Positions 48,509 to 58,165 of a stretch of DNA of 64,000 nucleotides are shown here, in pieces. The stretch spans positions 64,001 through 128,000 of the forward strand of contig CAWJMT010000036.1 of the NCBI GenBank assembly GCA_963844035.1, written 5' to 3'. The number at the start of each line of letters is the position of its first letter. Positions within the stretch are counted from its first letter, which is position 1. Both the position numbers and the translations under genes were made by a program. The DNA comes from an uncultured Gemmatimonadales bacterium (GTDB taxonomy: Bacteria; Gemmatimonadota; Gemmatimonadetes; Gemmatimonadales; GWC2-71-9). Below the pieces are notes generated by a model, which searched no databases, had not been told where the DNA came from, and was given only the letters and a program-made list of their open reading frames with translations.

Positions 48509-49681
48509 ATGGCGCATTTCAACTACCTGATCGTCGGCGGTGGCATGACCGCCGATGCCGCCGCGCGCAGCATCCACGCCGTCGACGAGACGGGCGCGAT
48601 CGGCATCATCGGTGCGGAACCGGATCGGCCCTACAATCGCCCGCCGTTGTCCAAGGGCCTATGGAAGGGTGAGGCCGAGGACACGATCTGGCGCAAGCCG
48701 GAGGTGCCCGGCGTGACCCTGCACCTCGGGCGCCGCGTGGTGAATCTCGACCCCGCCGGCAAGCGCGTCACGGACGATAGCGGCGCGACGCACACCTTCG
48801 ACCGGCTGCTGCTGGCCACGGGCGGCGCGCCGCGCCGTCTGCCGTTCGAATCCGATCGATCATCTACTTCCGGACCCTGGCTGATTACCGGCGTCTCCGT
48901 GCCCTCGCGAATCAGAAGCCGCGTTGCGTGGTCGTGGGCGGCGGGTTCATCGGCAGCGAGGTGGCGGCGGCGCTCCGGATGCAGGGGTGCGAGGTCGCGA
49001 TGCTTATCCCCGAGGCGGGGGTGGGCGCGCGGGTGTTTCCCGCGGACCTGTCAGGGTTTCTGGCCGACTACTATCGGGAGAAGGGCGTGGAGGTGCGGAC
49101 GGGCGAGGGGGTGACCGGCGTCGAGGACCGGGCAGGGAAGGCCGGGCTGCGGACGACGCTCGGCAAGGAGCTCGCCGCCGATGTCGTGGTCGCGGGCCTC
49201 GGGATTCAGCCAAGCGTCGAGCTGGCGGAGCGGGCGGGGCTCAAGGTGGATAACGGCATCGTGGTTGACGCACACTGTCGCTCCAGCCATCCGTCCATCT
49301 ACGCCGCCGGCGACGTGGCGAACTTTCACAACCCGGCGCTCGACGCTCGGATGCGCGTGGAGCACGAGGACAATGCCAACACGATGGGGAAGGTCGCCGG
49401 TGAAAACATGGCGGGGCAGGCCACGCCCTACGACCACCTTCCGTTTTTCTATTCCGATCTTTTCGACCTGGGATACGAGGCGGTGGGTGACCTCGACGCA
49501 CGGCTGGAAACGTTCTCTGACTGGAAAGTGCCGTTCCGCGAAGGCGTCGTGTACTACCTCAAGGGCTGGCCGAGTGCGCGGAGTCCTGCTGTGGAACACG
49601 TGGGGACAGGTGGACGCTGCGCGGGCCCTGATCGCACAGCCGGGTCCGTTCAAAGCTGGGGACTTGAAAGGCCGGTTCTAG
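48509..49681 (+). CDS. FAD/NAD(P)-dependent ferredoxin reductase-like oxidoreductase (frameshifts near 48860 and 49565)
   Basis: IVGGG, PYNRPPLSK, LLLATG, GGGFIGSE, IYAAGDVA, PFFYSD. Confidence 0.88.
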
Positions 49682-49806
49682 AACCGAAACCCCACCGCCA
49701 GATTGTAATGATTGTCGGTGAACTCTCCTGCGCTATAGGTCGTCGCGAGCCGGCGGTACGCGAGTCCGATCACCAGCGGAGGCTGCGATAGGCTAGACGC
49801 GGACAT
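49678..49806 (-). pseudogene. Orphan C-terminal fragment of an outer-membrane beta-barrel
   Basis: Manual translation ...PPLVIGLAYRRLATTYSAGEFTDNHYNLAVGFRF*: two amphipathic strands and a terminal Phe, no signal peptide. Confidence 0.5.
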
Positions 49807-49912
49807 GCAAATGCTAGACGCATAGACGGGCAGCGGCTTACAGTCGTAAGCGGTCAGGACAAGCGCTTCCTGCCCCCTTCGGACGGTTCACCACTGCGCG
49901 TCTATACGTCTA
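49793..49912. repeat. TAGACG-based direct and inverted repeats flanking about 70 nt
   Basis: TAGACGCATAGACG (49815-49828) against CGTCTATACGTCTA (49899-49912), 1 mismatch; extra CTAGACGC at 49793. Confidence 0.7.
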
Positions 49913-51783
49913 CCTGGCGGCGCGCACGCGCACGCTCGCCGGACTGAGCCAGGTCTCGGCGGGCGTTCCCCAGTTTCGTGAGCGGCTGCTGACGAGTCGC
50001 GATCGCGCGAATTCCCTCGACCAGGCGCAGGAGTACCGCGATCTGATCGGTGCGGCCTGGATTCTCGTGACGAACAGCGAGGGCATCCTGGTGGCCCGCA
50101 CCGACTATCCGACGCAATACGACCGCGACCTCTCCCGCGGTGCGCTGATCGCCGGCGCACTCTCGGGTGAGCAGACGAGCGGGGCGTGGCTGGACGACGC
50201 GGCGGGCCGCCTGTTCATGGCCGTTGCGACCCCCCTCGCCGCGTCGCGAACCGCGTCGCCGCAAGGGGTTCTGGTGGCGGCCTACGCGCTGGACGATTCC
50301 CTGGCACAGACGGTCAAGCAGGCAACCGGCTCCGACGTGGTGTTCCTCGCGCTCGACACGCTGAACCGGCCGTACGTGGTGGCGAGCACGCTGCCCCGCG
50401 ACCAGATCGAGCCCGCGCTGATCGCCGACAGCAGTGCGATTCGCGAGCTCGCGAGTCGCGAGCCAGCGAGCGATTCCACCGGGCGCCAGCTCGCGGCCGT
50501 CCTGGGCGGCGAGCACCTGCTCGGCCTCGCGGGGCCGATCCGCTCGGCAGGCGGGGACGTGTACGGTGCCTTCGTCCCGTTCCGATCCCGCGACGCCGAG
50601 CTCGCGGGGTTTCGGGCGCTGCGGCGCACCGTGATGCGTCGCAATCGCGCTGGGGGTGCTGCTGGCGCTGGCGCTCGCGTTCATCCTGGCGCGGCAGATC
50701 GCGCTCCCGGTGCGGCGGCTGGTCGCAGCGACCCGGCGCGTGCAGGACGGCGACTACGATGTCCAGATCGACGTGAAGTCAGGTGACGAGATCGGCATTC
50801 TGTCGCAGGCGTTCCGGAGCCTGGTGGAAGACCTGCGGGAGAAAGCGGCCCTGGTGGACTACATGATCTCGGCGTCCGGCGCCACGGCGACGAAGCAGGT
50901 CACCAGCCTCGCGCCGGGGATGCGGACGGCGGTGGTAACGCCGGGCGGCCAGGCTCCGCGCCCGGGCGCGGTGTTCGACGGTCGGTACGACGTGAAAGAA
51001 CTGCTCGGCGCCGGAGGGATGGGTGTCGTGTACCGCGCGTTCGATCGCGAGCTCGGTGAACCGGTCGCGATCAAGACGCTGCGGCCCGAGCTGCTGGCGG
51101 GGGACAGCGGTTGCCCTGGAGCGGTTCAAGCAGGAAATCCGGCTGGCGCGCAAGATCGCCCACCGTCACGTGGTGCGCACGTACGATCTGGGCGAGGTCG
51201 ACGGGATGTACTACCTCACGATGGAGTACGTGGAGGGCACGTCGCTCAAGCAGCTGATCAACTCGCGCGGCAAGCTGCCGCTCGCCGTGACGCTGACGAT
51301 CGGCAAGCAGCTGTGCCGCGCCCTCGAGGTGGCGCACGAGCAGGGCGTCATCCACCGCGACATCAAGCCGCAGAACATCGTGGTCGAGCCGAACGGCTTC
51401 GTGAAGGTGATGGACTTCGGCATCGCGCGGCTCGTGCATGCGCCGCAGGGCGAGGGCCTGACGCAGGAAGGCGCCTCGATCGGCACGCCCGACTACATGT
51501 CGCCGGAGCAGCTTGCGGGAAGGGAGCTCGATGCCCGGAGTGATCTCTATGCGGCGGGGGTGGTGCTGTTCGAATGTGTGACGGCCCGCCTTCCCTTCCA
51601 CGCCGACACGCCGTGGGCGCTGATGGCGAAGCATCTCGAAGGATCGCCGCCCGATCCGCGCACGCTCAACGCCGAGGTACGGAGCAGCTCGCGAGCGTGA
51701 TCCTCAGGGCCATGGCCAGGGACCCCGGCGATCGGTTCGCGAGCGCGGCGGCAATGCATGATGCCCTGGCGGCGATCGGCTAA
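49905..51783 (+). pseudogene. Membrane Ser/Thr protein kinase (Cache-like sensor, TM, HAMP, kinase), 5'-truncated, frameshifts near 50640, 51110 and 51680
   Basis: LGAGGMGVVY, VAIK, HRDIKPQN, VKVMDFG, GTPDYMSPEQ; no start codon or first TM helix upstream (in-frame stop at 49815). Confidence 0.8.
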
Positions 51784-51814
51784 ACGCGCCGCGTCTCCTC
51801 ATATATTCCCGACC

Positions 51815-52336
51815 ATGCGCTATTCAATCATGGTGCTGGCAGCATTGCTCGGCGCGTGTCGCGCGCGCCCGGCCGACAACGCGCGCACCCGGGACACGAC
51901 GGGTATCGCGGAGCGGTTCCCGTTGGGACGGGACTCCACCGACAGCCTGATGCGAACGCCCCGCGTCGTGAACGATGCCGCGGTGGTGGTATTCTGGCTG
52001 CGTGCCGCTGACACCATGGCTGCGGACGATCAGGCTGCTGCGTTCGAGGACCTGCGCTATTACACCGACCAGGTGGCGCCAGCGCTGGCGTCCAATGGGG
52101 TGGGGTTGATCGCCACCCGCGCGGATACGCTCTATGTCACATTGCCCGGCGAGCGCCGGCGGACGATTCTCTTGTCCGGGCTCGACTACCCGTACGGATA
52201 CGTGCTGGTCGATCCCGGTGGGCCGGAGCGCATTCTGACGGGCGTGTATTCGGACGACGATCTGCTCGACGAGCTGCGCGCCTACTTCGATTTATCCGAT
52301 GATTCCGCCTCAGTGGTTCCCCGGGCCACGACCTGA
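51815..52336 (+). CDS. Hypothetical lipoprotein
   Basis: MRYSIMVLAALLGAC lipobox; TATATT 7 nt upstream. Confidence 0.7.
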   Translation: MRYSIMVLAALLGACRARPADNARTRDTTGIAERFPLGRDSTDSLMRTPRVVNDAAVVVFWLRAADTMAADDQAAAFEDLRYYTDQVAPALASNGVGLIATRADTLYVTLPGERRRTILLSGLDYPYGYVLVDPGGPERILTGVYSDDDLLDELRAYFDLSDDSASVVPRATT

Positions 52337-52427
52337 GGCGGGGTCGCGCGAGTGAACTCGCGGCTCGGCGTCTGCCCGTGAACGGGCGTGATGGCGCCGC
52401 TTCAGCGGCGAGGGCCGAGCCGCGGCT

Positions 52428-54057
52428 TTAGCCGCGCTCGGGAGCCCCATTCACGTGGAGGCGTAGCGCTGTTTCGGTGAGCCGCGCCGCGGCGGTGGCG
52501 ACGCGCTCGGACGCTGCGGTGAGGTCCCCGAGCGAGGCGATCTGCTGCTGGGTCGCGGCGGATGCTTGCTGGGCACGCTGCGCCGCCACCTCCGCCATCG
52601 AAGCGGTGTCGATCATGCCGCTCGTGACCGCGCGGATCCGGGCGGTATGGGCTTCGGTCTCGGCAGCGAAGCCGGTGGCGAACCGGACGGTGGTGTTCAA
52701 GTCCGTGAAGATCGCTTCGATGGCCTGCCGCACCGCCGCCGACACGGTGCCCACACCCTGCGCCGTGCGGCGCGCGTCGTCCAATGCCGCGAGCAATGCC
52801 GCAATGTTGTCCTGGATTTCCTTCACCCGGGCCCCCACCTCATCCGTCGAGCGGGCGCTCTGCTCGGAAAGCTTGCGAACTTCTGTCGCGACGACGCGGA
52901 ACCCGAGGCCGTGCTGGCCGGCTCGTGCGGCCTCGATCGCCGCATTGAGGGCGAGCAGATCGGTCTGGCTGGCGACCCGCGCGATGCTGTCCACCAGCTT
53001 GCCGATCTCGCGCGACCCGATTTCGAGGGTGGCGGCGGCGCCCGAGACCTGATCCATGCGCTCGACCAGGGTCACCAGCAGCTCCCCGGCTCGACCAATT
53101 TCGTCGCCGTGGCGGCGCGCCTGCTGCGCAACAGCGCTGACCTGCCGCTCCGCCTCCCGCGCGCGTCCGTGGAGTGCCGACGCCACGCCAGCCGCCGCCT
53201 CAGCAGCGGTCCGGCCCTGCCCGATCAGCTCGCGCTGGCGCTCGGCGCCCTGAAAGAGGTTCTGCACCGTGACCGAGCTTTCCAGGGCCGCCGACTGCAA
53301 CAGCCGCGCCGCGCCCGCCAAGTGCTGCGCCAGGCTGCCAAGCTCGCGCGACTCCTTCTGCACCTGGCGCACGGCACCCGCAATGGCGTCACTGGTCCGA
53401 TTGAGTCCCTGCTCCACCAGCCCCACGTCGTCGAGCTCTGGTTGGGGCACGCGCACTGTGAGATCGCCGTGCTCGATGCCGGCAAGGATGGCGCGGGTCC
53501 CGCGTAGCCGGTCGACGATCCTGACCACCAGGGGAATCAGCGAGGCCGTGCTGATGCACAGGATCAACGCCTCCTGCGCGAAGGTGACCCAGGTCCAATC
53601 CGGGCCGCCCTGGCGGAGAGCAGTGGCCACGGCGAACCCCACGAGGTTCAGAACGAGCGCGTACCACGCCTCACGCTGGCCGAGGGAGAATGCGGTGAGG
53701 AGCGGGCCGATCAGGTAGACGGCGTAGGCGAGGTGACCGGCCGGTCCGAGGGCGTAGAGGACTGCCGAAATCATCGCACTTCCGACGCCCATGTCGAGCG
53801 TCGCGTGCCACGCCGTGCAGGGGCCGATCGCGCGCCAGGCGCTGCAGCGCCAGATTCATCCCGACGAAGCACACCGCGAACGCCGGAACGAACCACCAGG
53901 AGATCGTGATGAGTCGCAGCAGCCGGGCCACGCCCAGCACCGCCACCGCACCGCCGACCCAGCGCCAACGCGCGCGCGTCGCGGCGAGCACGTATGCACG
54001 ACGTTTGGCGCGCAGCTCCTCCGCGGCTGGGTCGGCGACGCTGGGGTCAGGCGGCAT
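52428..54057 (-). CDS. Methyl-accepting chemotaxis protein with multi-TM sensor (frameshift near 53800)
   Basis: [29 protein letters not shown]-terminal TM helices in the upstream frame from ATG 54057. Confidence 0.85.
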
Positions 54058-54105
54058 CGGGGGAAAATGGCCGACGCGTCCCGTGAGGGGTAGAGGGCAC
54101 GGGCC

Positions 54106-55098
54106 GTGATCGTATCCGCCCTCCTCCTTGCGACCGTGGCCCTTGTCCAGGCGCCCGCCGATTCGACCGGCGCAACGTTGTATAGGGCGTGGTGCGCCAT
54201 TTGCCATGGGGCGGATGGCCGCGGCGCGCCTGCCCACCAGACGCAGCTGTCCGTACGCCCGGCGAACCTCGCCGAGTGCAAGACGTCCACCGCCGAGACG
54301 GAGGATCAATGGACGGACATCGTGCGAGAGGGCGGCGCGGCGTTCGGCCTGTCGCTCGACATGCCGGCGTACGGCCAAGCCGCGACGCCTGAGCAGCTCC
54401 GGGCCGTGGTGCGCTACATCCGCTCGCTGTGCCAGGAACGGGGCTGGCCACCCGGCGAGCTGAACTTCCCCCGGGCATTTCTCGCCGAGAAGGCGTTCCC
54501 CGAGAACGAGGTGGTCGTGACGGCGCACGGGACGGGCCAGGAGTACATCTACGAGTGGCGCGTCGGCCGGCGCGCGCAGATTGAGGCGAGCGCGCGCACC
54601 GTGTTCGACTCGGCCGGCGACCCATTCGATGGCGTGACGGCCGCGCTCAAGTACAACGTCTGGCATTCGGCGGCGCGGCGCGCCATCGCGAGTGTCGGTC
54701 TCGAGGCCACCCCGCCGGTCGGGCGGCAGGAGGCCTGGGAGCTGGAGCCATTCTTCGCGTTCGGGGCGAACCCGCTACCGGCGCTGTTTATCCAAGGGGA
54801 GCTTGCAGGCGCGTGGGAGGACGGGGAGGGCATGGCCGACTTCTCGTACAGCCTCGGTGTTGGCCGCGAGGTCGGGCGCTTCGTTCCCATGATCGAGGTC
54901 GGCGGTACCGTGCCACGGGAAGGCGAGAGCTCCATGTCGCTCGTGCCTCAGGTCTGGTTCCGGCTCTCGCGACTGGGGCATGTGGCTGGCTCACTCGGAG
55001 TCGAGATTCCGGTGCAAGGGCCCGAGCCGCATCATCCGCGCCTCACGGCGTTCGTGCTCTGGGACTTTGGCGACGGTGGACTGTTCAAGGGCTGGTAG
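54106..55098 (+). CDS. c-type cytochrome fused to a beta-strand-rich C-terminal domain
   Basis: Signal peptide, CAICH, distal DMPAY, then GELNFPRAFLAEKAFPENE and amphipathic strands ending GLFKGW. Confidence 0.75.
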   Translation: MIVSALLLATVALVQAPADSTGATLYRAWCAICHGADGRGAPAHQTQLSVRPANLAECKTSTAETEDQWTDIVREGGAAFGLSLDMPAYGQAATPEQLRAVVRYIRSLCQERGWPPGELNFPRAFLAEKAFPENEVVVTAHGTGQEYIYEWRVGRRAQIEASARTVFDSAGDPFDGVTAALKYNVWHSAARRAIASVGLEATPPVGRQEAWELEPFFAFGANPLPALFIQGELAGAWEDGEGMADFSYSLGVGREVGRFVPMIEVGGTVPREGESSMSLVPQVWFRLSRLGHVAGSLGVEIPVQGPEPHHPRLTAFVLWDFGDGGLFKGW

Positions 55099-55579
55099 GG
55101 TGTTTTTCGATGTAGGCATTCAGCGCGCGCGCCGCCTGGGCTCGGATCGCGCGTTGGACCGGGGGCGCCCAGCCAAGCAGCAGCCCTTTCATGCCGAGGG
55201 CCTGGCGGGCCCAGGCGTAGAGGTCGAACACGTCGGTATGGCGGTGGATCTTGCCGTCTCGAAACGTGAATGAGGCTGTCACGCGATTGTGCACCGGCCG
55301 ACCGGTCTGGGTGAAGGTGTACCAGGCTTCCCAGTGCGCCGAGACCCCCTCGGCGGACGGGTGCACGCTGGGCAACTCGATCCGCAGGTCGGTGGCGCGC
55401 TCGCACAGCATGCGCCACATCGCGCCGACCCGCCACCCGGCGAGATCGGTGAACACCGGATCGTGGAACTCGGCATCGGGTGCGTAGCAAGCCGCCATCG
55501 TACGGTGATCGCGTCGCTGAAAGGCGGCGTAGAACGACCGGACCAAATCGACGTGCGGCTCCATCGTGGTGCTAGGCAT
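55085..55579 (-). CDS. SnoaL/NTF2-like protein
   Basis: FYAAFQRRD...CYAPDAEFHDPVF...FRDGKI..H.D.FD. Confidence 0.85.
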   Translation of the reverse strand: MPSTTMEPHVDLVRSFYAAFQRRDHRTMAACYAPDAEFHDPVFTDLAGWRVGAMWRMLCERATDLRIELPSVHPSAEGVSAHWEAWYTFTQTGRPVHNRVTASFTFRDGKIHRHTDVFDLYAWARQALGMKGLLLGWAPPVQRAIRAQAARALNAYIEKHPTSP

Positions 55580-56069
55580 CACCTTCCCGCTCGGATCGCT
55601 GCCGCCAAAGCGCGCGCAGCAGCAACAGCGCGCCGATGGTGATCCCGGTGTCGGCGACGTTGAACGTCCAGAACCGCCACGCGGGCACGCCAATGTCAAT
55701 GAAGTCGACGACACCGCGCGGCGATATCAGGCGACTCAGCAGATTCCCGAGTGCTCCACCCAGGATGAGCGCCAGCGCAGCTGCTCGAATGCGATCGGTG
55801 ACCGGGGTAGCGAGGTACAAACGGAACAGGAAGGCGATGACTACCAATGCCAGGGCGGACAGGCCGACCCGCGAGTACGAGCCGAGCGACATGCTCATGG
55901 CGGCTCCCGGGTTGTGGGTGAGCGTGAGACGGACGACGCTTCCCAACACCTCATGCGGCGTATGCTCGGGCGCCAGGTAAGTCTCGGCCAGCCGCTTGGT
56001 GCTACAGTCCGCGACCAAGAGCGTGGCCAGAACGGGCCAGAAGGCACGGGCTCGCGGCGGCCAGGTCAT
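55572..56069 (-). CDS. lspA: Lipoprotein signal peptidase II
   Basis: D..TK, NPGAAMS, GGALGN, VVDFI, FNVAD. Confidence 0.9.
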   Translation of the reverse strand: MTWPPRARAFWPVLATLLVADCSTKRLAETYLAPEHTPHEVLGSVVRLTLTHNPGAAMSMSLGSYSRVGLSALALVVIAFLFRLYLATPVTDRIRAAALALILGGALGNLLSRLISPRGVVDFIDIGVPAWRFWTFNVADTGITIGALLLLRALWRQRSEREGDA

Positions 56070-56103
56070 GTCCACTGCTTCCTGGTGGCTAAGGGTGTCG
56101 GTG

Positions 56104-56637
56104 CTAGTGGCCGGCAGTGACCAACTTCGCGACCTCGAACCCTTGCGCCGCCGCGGTGGCCAACAGCCGTGCGTAAATTGCGTCGTCCATCTGGGGGCTT
56201 CGGGACAGCACCCAGAGATACTCGCGGTTCGGGGTCCCCACCAGCGCAGCACTGTAGTCATCGGTGAGGTCGAGAATCCAGTAGTCGCCCCACACCATCG
56301 ACAAGAACGACAAGAACCCCGGCGCAAAGCGCACCTTGAGCCTCGAGGTCGGGCCTTGCCGGTCGGCCAGACGCGCCCGCCCTTCAGCTCGGATCACTTG
56401 TCCCTCGGCCCCACGGCATGTGTTGGTGACGCGGAACTCGCCGCCGGGAAGCAGCTCGTACAGCGCCGTCGTCTCTCCCCGGCACTTCTCCTGGAAGCGA
56501 TTCGGGAGCCGCGCGACTTCGTGCCAAAGGCCGGCGTAGCGCTCGAGGTCTACCGTGGGCACGCTGCGTACCTGGCCCAGGACAGCGTCTTGCGTGGCAA
56601 GCGCCGCGAGGATGATGGTGAGGAGATGGGCTGTCAC
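56104..56637 (-). CDS. blc: Bacterial lipocalin (Blc-like)
   Basis: VDLERYAGLWHEVARLP, GDYWIL, YLWVLSR. Confidence 0.88.
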   Translation of the reverse strand: MTAHLLTIILAALATQDAVLGQVRSVPTVDLERYAGLWHEVARLPNRFQEKCRGETTALYELLPGGEFRVTNTCRGAEGQVIRAEGRARLADRQGPTSRLKVRFAPGFLSFLSMVWGDYWILDLTDDYSAALVGTPNREYLWVLSRSPQMDDAIYARLLATAAAQGFEVAKLVTAGH

Positions 56638-56924
56638 TGCTCCTGTCCCCGTCGCCACGCGCGCAACAAGCCCCACACGAGGCCGAGCCCGAAGCCGATC
56701 GGGCCGGTGATCAGAATCCCCAACAGCGGGCCCTGGTTGGCGCCGGGCGTCACGATCATCGGGCCCACGAAGCCCGCGAGGAAGGAGATACCGCCGACGA
56801 ACAAGGCGAAGCCGACGGGGTGCTCGCGCCGCCACCAGCGGTTCTGCACGGGGCCATAGCAAACGGCGCCCCAGACCGCGGCGATCGGCACGAGCGGGAT
56901 CATTAGGGAGATCAGCAGCCCCAT
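56634..56924 (-). CDS. Small hypothetical membrane protein
   Basis: GFVGPMI..PGANQGPLLGILITGP.G; GTGA coupling to the lipocalin gene. Confidence 0.7.
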   Translation of the reverse strand: MGLLISLMIPLVPIAAVWGAVCYGPVQNRWWRREHPVGFALFVGGISFLAGFVGPMIVTPGANQGPLLGILITGPIGFGLGLVWGLLRAWRRGQEQ

Positions 56925-56952
56925 GGCGCGTGGTGCGGCCAGGCTGCGGCCA

Positions 56953-58164
56953 CTACTCGTATCTCAGGGCGACGATCGGGTCGAGACGCGCCGCGCGGCG
57001 CGCCGGCCAGATGCCGAAGAAGAGGCCGATGCCGGCGCTGAACACGAATGCCAGCAGGATGGCGAGCGGGGAGATCAGGGTGTTCCAGTGCGCGATCCAC
57101 GAGATCACAACCGCGCCCAGCGTGCCGAGCAGGACGCCGATCAGTCCCCCCAACAGGCACAACACGAGTGCTTCGACCAGAAACTGAAACAGGATATTGA
57201 ACCGCGTGGCGCCGAGCGCTTTGCGGACGCCGATCTCGCGCGTACGCTCGGTGACCGATACGAGCATGATGTTCATGATCCCGATGCCGCCCACCAGCAG
57301 GCTCACGGCGGCGATCCCGGCAAGGAGGTACTTGAACGTGTCGGTCGTCTGCTGGAGGGTCGCCAAGATGTCGGTCTGGTTGCGGATCTGGAAGTCATTG
57401 TCCTGACCCGGCCGGATCTTGTGCTGGCGCCGCAGCACCCGCTCGATCTCGATCATCGCGAGGTTCATGGATTCGACGTCACGGGCTTGCACCGCGATGT
57501 TGCGCAACCGGTCGGTGCCCATGACACGGTAGCGTGCCGTTTGCAGCGGGATGAGGATCTGCTCGTCGGGGTTGGAGAAACCCTGTGCCCCCTTCACCGA
57601 CAGCACGCCGATGATGTCGAAGGCGATACTGCGGATGAGGATCTGCTGGCCGATCATGGCGTCGCGATTCGAGTTGAGCATGGTAGGAACGGATCCCCCG
57701 AGCACCGCCACCCGGCGCCGTGCTGCGTCGTCCCCGGCGGTGAACATCCGGCCCGCGGTCACCGTGTAGGTGTGGACCGGGGCGTACTCCGCGGTCGTCC
57801 CCACGACGTTCACGTTGATGTTCTGATCGCCCAGCTCCACCTGGAGATTACTGCTCAGTTCCGGCACGACCGCAGTCACGTACCGAGCATTGTTCGCGAG
57901 CGCCGTGTCATCGTCCAGGGTCAGGCTCACGCGGCTGCTGCTCGCGACGCCGCGGTTGAAGCTCTGGCCGGGGTTCACGCTCAGCAACGTGGGACCGAGC
58001 GCCTGGATCCGGTCCTGCACCGACTTCTGGGCCCCCGATCCCAGCGCGATCATCGTGATGACGGCACCCACGCCGATGATGATGCCCAGCATGGTGAGCA
58101 GCGAGCGGAGTTTGTTTGCCCGCAGCGCATCGAGCGCCACCGTGATGATCTCGCCGATCAGCAC
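56953..58164 (-). CDS. MacB-family ABC transporter permease
   Basis: NKLRSLLTMLGIIIGV, GGIGIMNIMLVSVTERTREIG, LDPIVALRYE. Confidence 0.93.
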   Translation of the reverse strand: MLIGEIITVALDALRANKLRSLLTMLGIIIGVGAVITMIALGSGAQKSVQDRIQALGPTLLSVNPGQSFNRGVASSSRVSLTLDDDTALANNARYVTAVVPELSSNLQVELGDQNINVNVVGTTAEYAPVHTYTVTAGRMFTAGDDAARRRVAVLGGSVPTMLNSNRDAMIGQQILIRSIAFDIIGVLSVKGAQGFSNPDEQILIPLQTARYRVMGTDRLRNIAVQARDVESMNLAMIEIERVLRRQHKIRPGQDNDFQIRNQTDILATLQQTTDTFKYLLAGIAAVSLLVGGIGIMNIMLVSVTERTREIGVRKALGATRFNILFQFLVEALVLCLLGGLIGVLLGTLGAVVISWIAHWNTLISPLAILLAFVFSAGIGLFFGIWPARRAARLDPIVALRYE

Positions 58165-58165
58165 G

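Noticed and set aside
52345..52365. Hairpin CGCGAGT-GA-ACTCGCG between convergent genes
   Set aside because: Short, with no U-tract; possibly a terminator but too weak to call
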